In this document: positions 1-10,000 of the stretch, piece by piece
Numbering within the stretch: position 1 is the stretch's first letter
How the letters are laid out: each line of letters starts with the position of its first letter
DNA from: Candidatus Thermosaccharophagus tengchongensis
GTDB taxonomy: Bacteria > Armatimonadota > Fervidibacteria > Fervidibacterales > Thermosaccharophagaceae
Assembly: GCA_032161105.1 (NCBI GenBank)
Contig: JAVHTD010000027.1
Direction: 5' to 3' (one strand)
DNA length: 34,940 nt
Notes under the pieces: model-generated
The model's input: only the letters and a program-made list of their open reading frames with translations
What the model was told of the DNA's origin: nothing
The model's database searches: none
Program-made: the position numbers and the translations under genes

Positions 1-994
1 GCGGTTGGTGACCGAGAAGTTGAGTTAGGGTTTGCAGAGCAAAGAATGAAGGACGCTTTGACCAATCTTGGCGGATTATCCCAAAACTGCCCTCCGGTCC
101 GTAGTTTGGACCTCTCCCCTCAAACCAAAACACTTTTTCAATCCCCTGAACTGCGCAAAGAACATACGCCTTGACAATTGCTTCTGCTTGTTTGAGTTCA
201 GACTCAGGTTTCTCCTCAACCGCTTGATAGCCGATTTCGCTGACCCAAAGCGGGATGTCTTCCCTTTGCCCCGTCAATTTCAGCATCTTGCGATATTGTC
301 CTACCATGCCCATGAAGGCTTCCTCTCGTCCCTTCATCACCCTTGCAAGCATCGCGTAAGGATGAACGCAGACGAAATCAAAGTGCCCACTTGCACCCTG
401 TTCAATCACTTGCTGGAGTGAACTCAGGTCAAATTCGTTCCAGTTGATGCCTACTTTGCAAGTTGGGTCAATTTCTTTTGCAACCTCGTAAGCGTTTCTC
501 ACTAACTCAGCGTAATCTTTTGGCGTCCCGTTTTCGCTGAAGGAGCCAAACTCGTTGTAAACTTCCCAATACTTGACCTCGCCTTTGTAGCGTTTGACTA
601 CCTCCCGCACATAGTCACGCCAATAGCGAATGTCCTTGATCGGGAAAGCGCGAGTTGAAGGTGGCTTCGCGGAAGCCCAAGGGGCAAGGTAAAGGAAGAT
701 GCCGAGAATTTGAAGTTTGTTCGCCTTCGCCGACTTGACAATGCTGTCGGCAAGCGAGAAATCCCACTTACCCTGTTCAGGTTGAATGTGCGCCCATTCA
801 GGGAAGATGCGAACGAAACTGACTTTCGCCTCACTCAGCAGCGGGAAAAGTTGCTGGTAATAGCCAAGGGTTTCCGCACCCGTTGCGATGCAGAAGAAAC
901 CCCCGTTGCTTTTCACTTCCTTCTTCGCCAATTGGACAAACCCTGCCAGCGAAAATAGCGCTATAATTCCAGCTGCAAAGCTCAACCTGCCCAC
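1..994 (-). CDS. Clan GH-A glycoside hydrolase (GH39/GH5-like), probably secreted; 3'-partial at window edge
   Basis: Not in the ORF track because it has no stop in the window. Manual translation from GTG at 994 (GGGGAG upstream): hydrophobic N-terminus (FAAGIIALFSLAGFVQL), RIFPEWAHIQPEQGKWDFSLAD, acid/base motif YWEVYNE, DFVCVHPY, nucleophile motif PLWVSEIG, KVFWF, FGIIRQDWSKRPSF. Frame stays open to position 2. Confidence 0.85.
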   Translation of the reverse strand, partial: MGRLSFAAGIIALFSLAGFVQLAKKEVKSNGGFFCIATGAETLGYYQQLFPLLSEAKVSFVRIFPEWAHIQPEQGKWDFSLADSIVKSAKANKLQILGIFLYLAPWASAKPPSTRAFPIKDIRYWRDYVREVVKRYKGEVKYWEVYNEFGSFSENGTPKDYAELVRNAYEVAKEIDPTCKVGINWNEFDLSSLQQVIEQGASGHFDFVCVHPYAMLARVMKGREEAFMGMVGQYRKMLKLTGQREDIPLWVSEIGYQAVEEKPESELKQAEAIVKAYVLCAVQGIEKVFWFEGRGPNYGPEGSFGIIRQDWSKRPSFFALQTLTQLLGHQP

Positions 995-1111
995 ATTCGT
1001 ATTGCTTCACTCCCCGCAGTTTCTGACTCGTCGTCACCATTTAGGTCAACTTTTACATTCCACATTAAGCGCTATTTTCACGGCGCTCCGTTAACACTTT
1101 GTGCCTCAATA

Positions 1112-1648
1112 CTAACCAAGTAAGATACTCAAACCTTTATCAGCAAAAACATCCGGGTTAACTGGAACGAGCATCAAATCGCAATTGGTCAGGATTGAGT
1201 AAGATAGGTAAGAAAATGATGGTGGACAGTCAAAGAAGCAATAATTGAACCGGGGTAAGAAATTCGCCCTTGATAACTTTCTTAGAAAAGCAGGGATAAA
1301 TCCCTGCATCGCTTCGCGGTTAAACACCTCAAGGGTTGTCCAATAAAGGTCGGGCGTGGAAGGTATGAACCAGAGGTTATCAGTGAACTTTTCAATGGCA
1401 TCAAAGAGAGTTTTCTTCTTTGCCTTATGCTGTTCATACCAATTCTCAAACTCACTGCTACTCCATCTTCCAGTTTCTTCCGCCAATCCCATAGCGGTTG
1501 TGAGGCTCATTTGGGCATCTGCATCTACGACTAACACGCAATTGCTTTGGGGAGCGTAGCAGGCTAAGAGCCAAGTGAGAGTTGTTTTGCCTACACCTCC
1601 CTTGAAGTTCACAGTAGCGATAATTTTCATCATGTGCTCCAATGGCAT
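1112..1648 (-). pseudogene. ParA/Soj-family ATPase, C-terminally truncated (probable pseudogene)
   Basis: Deviant Walker A NFKGGVGKTT, DADAQ and FDCPP motifs. The protein stops at 178 aa just after LVPVNPD, so the usual C-terminal part of a ~250 aa ParA is missing. Confidence 0.7.
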
Positions 1649-1662
1649 TTAATTTCCCCCTT

Positions 1663-2112
1663 TCACCATTCCGAAACTTCGTGTTGCTTTAACCATTCCA
1701 CATATTCATGCGGCAGCCCGCAATCTTCGGCACCTTGTAGGATAGTGTCCAAATATTTCTGAGAAGGTTTACCTTGCTTTTTTGATTTTCTCAAGTAAAC
1801 ATAAGCAGTGTAGCAATTTCCATCATCATCAAAAACTTGGAGTTCTTGCCTATCGTAGTGCATAGGGTATCCCTCGCGCTTATCTAACTCCCCGATGCAT
1901 TCTTCGGTGACTTCAAATAACCCTCCCCAAACCATTTCGCCTTCGCTTTCAACCACATTAGCGACGGCACCTTTCCACTTTTCGGAGTATCCATCAAAAA
2001 CCAATTTATAGCCCGGCAAGTAGGCTCTTTTCAGGAAGCGCCAACCTTCGCCACATCTATCCCTCATCTGTGAGTGCTTCATGTTAGAGCCGTAAGCGAA
2101 ATAAAGAGGCAT
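1663..2112 (-). CDS. Gamma-glutamylcyclotransferase (GGCT/AIG2-like) family protein
   Basis: YFAYGSNM, VWGGLF, LDKREG and PSQKYLDTILQGA motifs. GGAGG precedes the ATG at 2112 (ORF track starts at GTG 2121). Confidence 0.9.
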   Translation of the reverse strand: MPLYFAYGSNMKHSQMRDRCGEGWRFLKRAYLPGYKLVFDGYSEKWKGAVANVVESEGEMVWGGLFEVTEECIGELDKREGYPMHYDRQELQVFDDDGNCYTAYVYLRKSKKQGKPSQKYLDTILQGAEDCGLPHEYVEWLKQHEVSEW

Positions 2113-2195
2113 CCTACTCACCTCCGTAATTTGATTGTAATTAACGACTTGGCTCTGATGATGCTACCTTCACAAATTCACCACTCTTAGCCATT

Positions 2196-2567
2196 TCATT
2201 CTAACGCTTGTAAGGCTTCCTCTAAGTGTGATTTGGCTTCTTCCAGTTCGCTTTCTGCTGCAGACAAACTAATGCCAGCGTCGGTGGCAGATGTTTGCGC
2301 TTCTTCAACAGTCTCTGCAAACTCTATTTCATCCAAAGATGATTGAATTTCGTCAAGGGCACTTTCAAGGTTTTCAAGGGCTGTTTGAGCATCATTGAGT
2401 GCTTGGCGAAAACTCTCTTGCTGGCTCTCAAGTTCTTGGACTTTATCTTCAAGTTTCTTAACTTGCGCTTCTAACTCAGCGACGCGTTGAGCACGATCCT
2501 CTCTGCAGCCAAAAATCCAAAGCAGTAACCCTATAACGGCACATCCTATCATCCACCGATACATCAA
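2196..2567 (-). CDS. Predicted lipoprotein with a long coiled coil
   Basis: Hydrophobic stretch ending in lipobox-like WIFG-C, followed by an E/L/A/Q-rich heptad region. Confidence 0.75.
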   Translation of the reverse strand: MMYRWMIGCAVIGLLLWIFGCREDRAQRVAELEAQVKKLEDKVQELESQQESFRQALNDAQTALENLESALDEIQSSLDEIEFAETVEEAQTSATDAGISLSAAESELEEAKSHLEEALQALE

Positions 2568-2580
2568 TGCTCACCACTTG

Positions 2581-2685
2581 CTACAGCCGTTTTTACCTCT
2601 CCAACCGAGCCTTCACTAACTTCACAACCGCCCCATAAACTACTTCACACTTACCAGCGGTCAAACCCAGAGTGTCAAAAAGCAC
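2581..2685 (-). pseudogene. Relic of the last 35 codons of a diverged allele of the neighbouring N6-MTase
   Basis: Translates VLFDTLGLTAGKCEVVYGAVVKLVKARLER*KRL* versus VVFDVLGLTAGEREAVYEAVVELVKKRLEKAKSV* at 3333-3437. 22/34 aa identical, ungapped, final stop aligned, one internal TAA. Confidence 0.85.
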
Positions 2686-2706
2686 TTGCCTAAGGTTCAC
2701 CTGCAA

Positions 2707-3264
2707 TCAACTGCTATGCCGCCTTAGATACTCTCGCCCGAGTTTTGTGATTTCCCAGATACCGCGCGGCGAATCGCTGCGCAGCAAGCCTTCTTTGACC
2801 ATCCTCAGCCGCTCCCACATCGCAGCATTACGCCAGCGCGGTTCCTTGGGATTGGACGGCAAAGGCTGCAAATCAACGGGCTTAAGACGGTTTTCCATTT
2901 CTGTGAAAACTCGCTCTAACACATTTTGCACTGGCGCCCTTCCGCCCAACTCTACAAGCGCGCGCAGAATTGGGATGCGATATGCTTCTTTTGGCGTGCG
3001 CACACCACGCGGCAATCGCTTGGCTTCTTGTTTGCCCTCTCGCACTCGGCGTAGCTCGCCCACCATCCGCTGCCACTCTTGTTGTTTGGCGCGGATGTCG
3101 GCAATGAGCTTCTCCATCTGCTGCGCCTGTATGAGCAGCCTTTGCGCCCGCTCATAGTTGCCTTGTCGTGACGCCTCTGCCGCCTCTTCGCGCACTCCAC
3201 TTAGCGCAGTCTCCAGTTCACCGAGCAAAATCTCAAACGCTTCGCTGACATCACGGTGTGGCAT
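2707..3264 (-). CDS. Coiled-coil plus Mrr N-terminal-type winged-helix protein, no nuclease domain
   Basis: C-terminal TPKEAYRIPILRALVELGG...PRWRNAAMWERLRMVKEGLL...RGIWEITKLG matches the Mrr_N pattern. GGGGG SD upstream. Confidence 0.85.
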   Translation of the reverse strand: MPHRDVSEAFEILLGELETALSGVREEAAEASRQGNYERAQRLLIQAQQMEKLIADIRAKQQEWQRMVGELRRVREGKQEAKRLPRGVRTPKEAYRIPILRALVELGGRAPVQNVLERVFTEMENRLKPVDLQPLPSNPKEPRWRNAAMWERLRMVKEGLLRSDSPRGIWEITKLGREYLRRHSS

Positions 3265-3290
3265 TGAATCAACCCCCTTTCAGGATGGGT

Positions 3291-3317
3291 ATAATACCAT
3301 GTAACCACAGGAATCAA
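3291..3317 (-). promoter_or_regulatory. Possible sigma70-type extended -10 promoter for the Mrr_N gene
   Basis: Minus strand reads TTGATT-N15-TATTAT with TGn before the -10 (TGGTATTAT), 26 nt upstream of the ATG. Spacing is short. Confidence 0.3.
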
Positions 3318-3332
3318 AACAGTCATAGGAAG

Positions 3333-6300
3333 TTACACAGATTTCGCCTTCTCCAACCTCTTCTTCACCAACTCCACAACCGCCTCATACACCGCCTCCC
3401 GCTCGCCAGCCGTCAGCCCCAAAACATCAAACACCACATCGTCTAAAGCACGGCGGTCGGGTTGGTGGATTTCATCAAAGATGGTTAGGATTTCTCTCTT
3501 GCTTATGCGAGTAAATGCTGTTTGAAGTTTTGAAGCCGCTTGGGGTGTAAGCACAGCAGGTGACAGAACAGGTAGTGCCTCCACTTCATAGACCTGATTC
3601 TTCAGCGGACCGCCGCCTCCGCCATAGGTGCGGCATGACAATTCGTTCAACAGAATAGTAACTGTCGCATTGCAAACAGCACATGAGAGAAAAGAATCGT
3701 AAGATGTGTAGATGTCGAACAGATTACAGTCAACATAGATGTTGCCGTCCCCGTAAGAACAAAAAAGCCGCTCCCGCATGATGTAGGGCCAAAAGACTCG
3801 GCTTGGCCGTCGCTCTCCCACATCCCACCACCTCTGCCTCGCCCTACAAGTTGGTCGCTCGTGGAAGCCTTGCGATTCGCCCCACTTGATATATTCAAGG
3901 GCGTTTGTGCCACGAAGTTCGCGCTTGTCCTTGTGGCACATGAAGATTTTGTAGCGCAGGTCTTCGGGCTTGACGATGATGCTTCGGCACTCGCGCGGGC
4001 TTCTGATGACGGGTTTTAGGAACTCCTCCTCAATTTCGCCTTCCCATCCTGCGCCGTTGCGGACATGGAGGTAACCCTTAGGCGCAGATTTCCCGGTGGG
4101 TTCGAGATAGAAGAATTCGTTGGCGCCGGTGGTAATGCCGCGCCGCACTTCTGCGATGTCGCCAAGGCGCACCAATTTGCCTTTACCTTTTTTCAGAATC
4201 GTGAAGAAGATGTCGGGGGCGCGAAGGTATTTGCCACCCCATTTGTTGCCTTCGTAGGTTCTTGTTGCCACCAGTGTCCGCTTGCGATGTTGGGATTGCT
4301 CTTCCTCTTCTGGCGCTAAGCCTTCCTCGTAGAGTGCCTGATGGGAGAGGACATAAACCCGGAATTCAGGGCGAACCAGAAGCTCAGTTGCCTCTTCAAT
4401 CTCCTCAAAGATGATGGGCGACATAACCTCCTCAAACGGCACTTTGAACATGACAAACCGCGCCGTCTTGCTCAAACCATCCATACGACGGTCATCAGGT
4501 GGGGCGAGCAGGGCGATGATAGTATTGATGTCCGCCTGAGCGAAGGTGCGTTTCTTCTCGTTGTCCAAAATCATCTTTACATGGCTGTGTTTGAGCAAGA
4601 ACTCCTGCAAATCTTTGCCATAGCCAACATCGAGCCAAGAGTTGGATGTGATGAAGCAAAATGAGCCTTTGGGGTTGAGCAGGGAAAGCCCGTGCAAGTA
4701 GAAGTAGATGTAAAGGTCGCTTCTGCCGTCCAGTTTTCGCTCCTTGAAGAAGTGCGGATAGGCGGCGGCGACGGAGTTCTGGAGTTTGGCTTTGTATTCC
4801 GCCTTCAGTTGACGCCATTGCTCAGGGGTGTAGTCTTGTTCCCTCAATGTTGGCGGGGCAATTTTCTCCTGCCGAACATACGGCGGGTTGCTCAGGACGA
4901 TGTCAAACCCACCTTTGTCGCCCTCAAAGATTTCCACAAAGGCGATGTCCCAGACGAAGGGGAGATCGGCAGCGGTTCTCAGGGCATCCAGCGCTTGCGT
5001 AATACGGACAAGCTCGGCTTCCTTCTCTTCACGCTCATGCTTCAATGCCTCCAGCATGCGCGTTAGCTGCTCTGGCTCCTTTCGTTGCATGTCAGTAAGC
5101 GACAACTGTTTATCTGGCGCTTTGATGCGGCAGGTCAGGTTTTTGACCTCTTCTTGTAGCGCGTGCTGCCTATACTGAAGGATTTCCCGAAAAAGTAGCA
5201 CTTCCTCTCGCTTGAGGGCTTGTTCGTTTAAGCCTTGCGTTTCCCCCTGATAGAAGCGGAGTTTTTTGCCTTTGAGTTGAGTAATTTTGCCTTTGATGGT
5301 TGGAGGAAGGGGCAGATGTTTTTGATGCAAACCAAAGTTGATGCCACCGATTTCCTGCACGAGGCTGTCGCCCTGACGGATTTTGAATGAAAGGTTGGGG
5401 AGCAGCGGGCGGAATTTCAGTTCGGCGGGTTTCAGTTCCGTTTCCACGACGAGTTGAAGCCAAAGCCTCAGTTCCGCCACATGCACTGCCCAGTCCATTA
5501 CATCCACGCCATAAAGGCTTTGCCCGATGATGCGCCGCCTGCGTTCATAGGGGGTCTCCTCAATACCCAAAACCCGGTTGGCGCGTTCCTGTAGATCATC
5601 CAGCACCAGGAGCATCCCTACAAGAAACGAACCCGACCCACAGGCAGGGTCGCAGACCGTCACCTCCCGAAGCAAGCGGTTCAATTCTTCCCAAAGGTTC
5701 TCCCGTGTCAGCTTTCTATCCGCTTCCTCTTTTTCCTGGAGTTCGTAGGCAAAAACAGCCTCATAGAGCAAGGGCTTTCGGTGTTCGCCCAGATGGTTAG
5801 CAAGCCAGTCCACGAGGGCAAGGCGGCACATCAAGTCAATCTCCACGCGCGGAGTGTAAAAAATGCCCGCCGTTCCACGCAGGTCTTCTTCTGTTAGTCC
5901 CTCAAAAGTGATGTTGACGAGGCTTTCATAGACTTTTCCAATCATCTCAGGGTCAACAGCGACTTCAATGTCAAAGGGCGTGGACTCGGTGATTGTGAAG
6001 TTGTAGCGTTCGAAGAAGCCCGGCGTGCTCCCGTTGAAGCGGTCGAAGAGCATGACGAAGAAGTCATCGGGCAAGGTGACATGATACCTTTCGTCCAATT
6101 GATTTCGCGTGAACAGTCCGCCGTTGAGGTAAGGCGCGAGGGCAAGGGCTTCACGGATTTCGGGTGGGAAGTGCTGGCGGTCACTCCGTCCTGCCTGAAA
6201 TTTGTTGTTGAATGCCTCAAAGAATAGAACAGAAAGCCACTTCCCAAAGAAGGAATCTTTCGGCTGCCCAGAACCCTTATAAGCCTCCCAGAAGTGGCGA

Positions 6301-7004
6301 ATGAATTGTGGGTCATTGCCAAGCCAGCGTTTTCTCTGGATGAAGTAGAGGAACATCAGGCGGTTAAGGAATTGCAAGGCGTAATCGTGTGCCCAGACCT
6401 TGTCTCCGTTGGCTTTGTAGAGATGCTCTTGCAGGTTGGCAAAGACGGTTTTATAGCCCTCGAAGAAGCTGCGGGTGACGGCTTCCACATTGAAGGCATT
6501 GTTGAGTTTGTCCAGCACAGCGGTGACCGTTGGCTCACCGGAAAGCCCCAGTTCATCAAAGGAAAAGGCAAGTTCGCCCAAGCGTTCAATCGTCGTGCGG
6601 GCGGGAGAGCCGACTTCATAGGGGAGGGTGCGTAGTTCCACTTTCCTTCCATCGCCACGCCTGCGTGCCCAGACGAAAGCGGCTTGTTTGCCGTCGCTCG
6701 TAACATAGCAGAGCAGGTGCTCCAGGTGGGTTCGGGCAAGGGCACGATGGACGGCTCTTCGCTGGGTAACATTAGGCAGGCTGTTGCTTCCCCAGTCCAC
6801 ACGGAAGACGGGCAAGCCACTTAGTTGGGCGACAGGGAAAGCTATGAGCGTGCGATTAACTGGTGCACCAACGGCAAGTTGTATTGGATGCCCTTGTGGA
6901 CTTCCCCAACACAATGTCTCGCAAAACAAGGAGGTCAGGTTTTGGCGGAGTTCGGTGCTGTTCAGTTGCCTCTCAATATCCCTGAGCAATTGAGCGTCAG
7001 CCAT
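3333..7004 (-). CDS. Large N6-adenine DNA methyltransferase (Eco57I/Type IIG-like, gamma class) with C-terminal target-recognition region
   Basis: YLNGGLF, DPEMIGKVYE, GIFYTP, motif I DPACGSGSF, YGVD, motif IV SNPPY, DLYIYF, FITSNSW. AAAGGAGG SD lies in the end of the helicase gene, 3 nt gap between the genes. Confidence 0.92.
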   Translation of the reverse strand: MADAQLLRDIERQLNSTELRQNLTSLFCETLCWGSPQGHPIQLAVGAPVNRTLIAFPVAQLSGLPVFRVDWGSNSLPNVTQRRAVHRALARTHLEHLLCYVTSDGKQAAFVWARRRGDGRKVELRTLPYEVGSPARTTIERLGELAFSFDELGLSGEPTVTAVLDKLNNAFNVEAVTRSFFEGYKTVFANLQEHLYKANGDKVWAHDYALQFLNRLMFLYFIQRKRWLGNDPQFIRHFWEAYKGSGQPKDSFFGKWLSVLFFEAFNNKFQAGRSDRQHFPPEIREALALAPYLNGGLFTRNQLDERYHVTLPDDFFVMLFDRFNGSTPGFFERYNFTITESTPFDIEVAVDPEMIGKVYESLVNITFEGLTEEDLRGTAGIFYTPRVEIDLMCRLALVDWLANHLGEHRKPLLYEAVFAYELQEKEEADRKLTRENLWEELNRLLREVTVCDPACGSGSFLVGMLLVLDDLQERANRVLGIEETPYERRRRIIGQSLYGVDVMDWAVHVAELRLWLQLVVETELKPAELKFRPLLPNLSFKIRQGDSLVQEIGGINFGLHQKHLPLPPTIKGKITQLKGKKLRFYQGETQGLNEQALKREEVLLFREILQYRQHALQEEVKNLTCRIKAPDKQLSLTDMQRKEPEQLTRMLEALKHEREEKEAELVRITQALDALRTAADLPFVWDIAFVEIFEGDKGGFDIVLSNPPYVRQEKIAPPTLREQDYTPEQWRQLKAEYKAKLQNSVAAAYPHFFKERKLDGRSDLYIYFYLHGLSLLNPKGSFCFITSNSWLDVGYGKDLQEFLLKHSHVKMILDNEKKRTFAQADINTIIALLAPPDDRRMDGLSKTARFVMFKVPFEEVMSPIIFEEIEEATELLVRPEFRVYVLSHQALYEEGLAPEEEEQSQHRKRTLVATRTYEGNKWGGKYLRAPDIFFTILKKGKGKLVRLGDIAEVRRGITTGANEFFYLEPTGKSAPKGYLHVRNGAGWEGEIEEEFLKPVIRSPRECRSIIVKPEDLRYKIFMCHKDKRELRGTNALEYIKWGESQGFHERPTCRARQRWWDVGERRPSRVFWPYIMRERLFCSYGDGNIYVDCNLFDIYTSYDSFLSCAVCNATVTILLNELSCRTYGGGGGPLKNQVYEVEALPVLSPAVLTPQAASKLQTAFTRISKREILTIFDEIHQPDRRALDDVVFDVLGLTAGEREAVYEAVVELVKKRLEKAKSV

Positions 7005-7007
7005 GCC

Positions 7008-10000
7008 TCATACCTCCTTTAGCCCCAGTGAGCACAAGATTTGCGGCTCTGTAAGTTCTTTCATTTCTGTAATTTGACAGAGCCGTTCATCCTCGTAAAG
7101 TTGCCAGACCAATCTGAGAAGTGCATCATCTGGGATGCCAAGTCTCATCTGACGAGACAAGGTATCTCGGGCGCTTTCCTTGAGAGGGAAGCGGAACAGC
7201 AAATCAATAATGGTGTCAAGTTGGCGGATAACCTCGCCATTTTGCGGGTCTGACTGTTGAAGCCTTTCACGATAACTTTTGAGTCGCTCATAGACCCTCC
7301 TGCGAATGCTTCTTAAAGTGCCCAATTGACCACCCAGCGTTTGGATTTCCTGCACGGCATATTCCACTGCTTTTCTGACGAGTTCGTGGTGGTTGGGCAA
7401 TCGTTCAAGGGGTGGCGTTTCGGGTCCACAGGAGGCAGCCTGAAAGATCGCAGTCAAGGATTGTGCAATGACATTGCCCTGCTCATCCAAACGCACTAAT
7501 AGATCGTGCTTTTCACCGTTGCGAGTGAAGCGCAAGTAAACGAGCACACCTGTCGGGTCACCGACTTTGGGCTGATGCGGACGCGTGGCGTAGACGATAG
7601 GTGGCAGAGTCTTCGCCTTTTCTTGCAAATCCTTTGGCGCACTGTTCCAAACTTGAAGGGCAACGCTCGTAAGGTCAACATCTTCATCATCGCTGTCGTC
7701 GTCCAGAACACCAGCTTTTTCAGTGTATAGGTCGTGCAGTTTCTTAGCGGCTTGCTCGCCGAAGAAGGATTCATCGGTGCCAATGACTTCTTGGTTCTGT
7801 TGGAGCCGATAAAAGAGCCGTTGGCGCAGGCGGATAATCCGCTCAACCCCTTCGGCAGGGAGGAAGGAATAGACCAAAATTGTGTCATTTTCCTGTCCGA
7901 TGCGGTCAACTCGCCCTGCCCTTTGAATGAGCCGAATTATTGCCCAGGGCAGGTCAAAGTTGACGACGATATGACAGTCCTGAAGGTTTTGCCCCTCAGC
8001 GAGGACATCAGTGGCGACGAGAATGCGAAGTTCGGTTTCACCCCCTTTCAAGCCACCATTGCTTTTTGGGCTAAAGCGACGGGCAAGGGCAGTAGGGTCA
8101 TAGCTATCGCTGGTCACAACCTCAATATCCTTCACTCCTCGTGCTTTCAGTTGCTCTGATAGATAAACGGCTGTGTCGGCAAACTGGGTAAAGACGATAA
8201 CCTTGTCTTTCGCATGCTTTCTGGTGAGCAGTTCGTAAAGGGCATTCAACTTGGCGTCGCGGTCTGGATTCCATTCTCCGACCTTTTTCAGGATTTCCAG
8301 CAGAGATTTGGCATCGCTGAACAGGTCTTGTCTAAGTTGGGGTGAAAAGAATTTAGGGTCAAGCCAACGGAAGCGATTAGCATATTGCGTGCGATAGGTC
8401 TGATAGATTTCCTTAGCACGGACTCGGTAGGATTCAAGTTCACCTCCATACAAACCTTCGGCAATCTCTAACTCGTGCTCATTCGCTTCGCTCACGAATT
8501 CGTCTTCTGTCCAATCCGCATCTTTGTCTGAAACTGCTGTATCCACCATCGCTACATCTTGCGTGCCGATGGGGATAGGCAATCCGTTTTCCAACGCATA
8601 GAGCGTGACCATATTGCGCAGAATGTGGCGCTTAACGGAGAGCAAGAAACTGTAGCCACACGATTCCAGTCTCTTGAATAGGTTAGTGCGGCAGAAACCG
8701 ATAAGTCGCCTACCGGCACGATTCAAATTGTCAAGGATTTTCTTCTCGTCAGCGGTGGCCATCTGGTTGGCGTTGGCAACCAGATAATTTGCCAGGCCGT
8801 AGCGGGGAAGGGCAAGGTTTTCAATCACTTCCACCACATCTTCACGATAAAGGCGGGCATATTGGTCGTTAGGGTCGGTCTCATTGAGGGCGAACTTAAG
8901 CGTTTTCGGCTGGCGAAGGGGGAAGTAGAAAGGCTTACCGTTGAGAGTGACGAAATAGCGCCCTTTCTCTGGGTCATACTGAGCGTAATTTCTGATGATG
9001 AAATGCCTTGTGCGACGGACAAGGAACAAACGCATCAGGTCACGCCAGTCCTCAGGGAATTCGCTTTGCTCAAAGGCGCGCAGGGAGCGTGGCGATGTTT
9101 GAAATCGTGCGGAGAAGTCAGCCTCGTTATAGCCATTCATTGCCCATTCCTGGAAGAACCTTTCAGGTCGGATACCCAAATCCTCATCTTCATCCACAAA
9201 CAAGCGAATTTGGTTGCTTATGTCGGTGAGGTGTTTGTTGTAAGGTGTTGCGGTAATTAAGATGACACGGGGCTCGTTCCAATCAATGTATTCCCGAATT
9301 GCTTGATAGCGTTTGCCCTCACGGTTGCGAAGGTTATGGCTTTCATCAATGATGAGGGTGCGGAAGCGAGGAAGGTTAGGTAACTCATCAATGACTCGCC
9401 CTAATGACAACACCCGCGCTGCTAAGCGAAACTTGTCCACATGCCACTGCCACAGTGGTTGCAAATTGGGTGGGCAAATAATGAGGGTGTTGCTCCCATC
9501 GTCTTCCTGAAATATTTTGGCGACAGCGGTGGCCATAAGCGTTTTGCCTAAGCCGACGACATCACCCAGCAAGACACCACCTCGCTTGTAGAGCAAGCGG
9601 GCAGCCAACTGCACAGCGGCTGTTTGGAAATCCAAGAGGACATCTTGGAGGTCTCTGGGCAATTTGAATTGGCGCTCCCCGATGCGAGCCTCTTCGGAAA
9701 GGTGATAAGCCATCTTGAGGTAAACAAGATAGGGTGAAACGAGTTCTTCTCGTGCCCAACTGGTCTCAATGAGTTCAGCAAGTTCTTCAGAGATGTCAAA
9801 GGCATATTTATCATTCCACCGTTCTTCAAACCATTGCTGCAACTTTTGGGCGGCATCTTGCTCAACCACATCTATATTCAGTTCGCCCTGTTCCGAAAGA
9901 CCTGACAAAGTCAGGTTACTACTGCCCAAGTAGCCAATGATGGGAGTAATCGAGTCAGGACGCTTAACAAGGTAAAGTTTGGCATGAAGGGGATAACGGA

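Noticed and set aside
951..1079. 12-bp inverted repeat GAAAATAGCGCT (951-962) / AGCGCTATTTTC (1068-1079) around the GH start
   Set aside because: One arm is inside the coding region, the arms are 105 nt apart and there is no transposase; could be chance.
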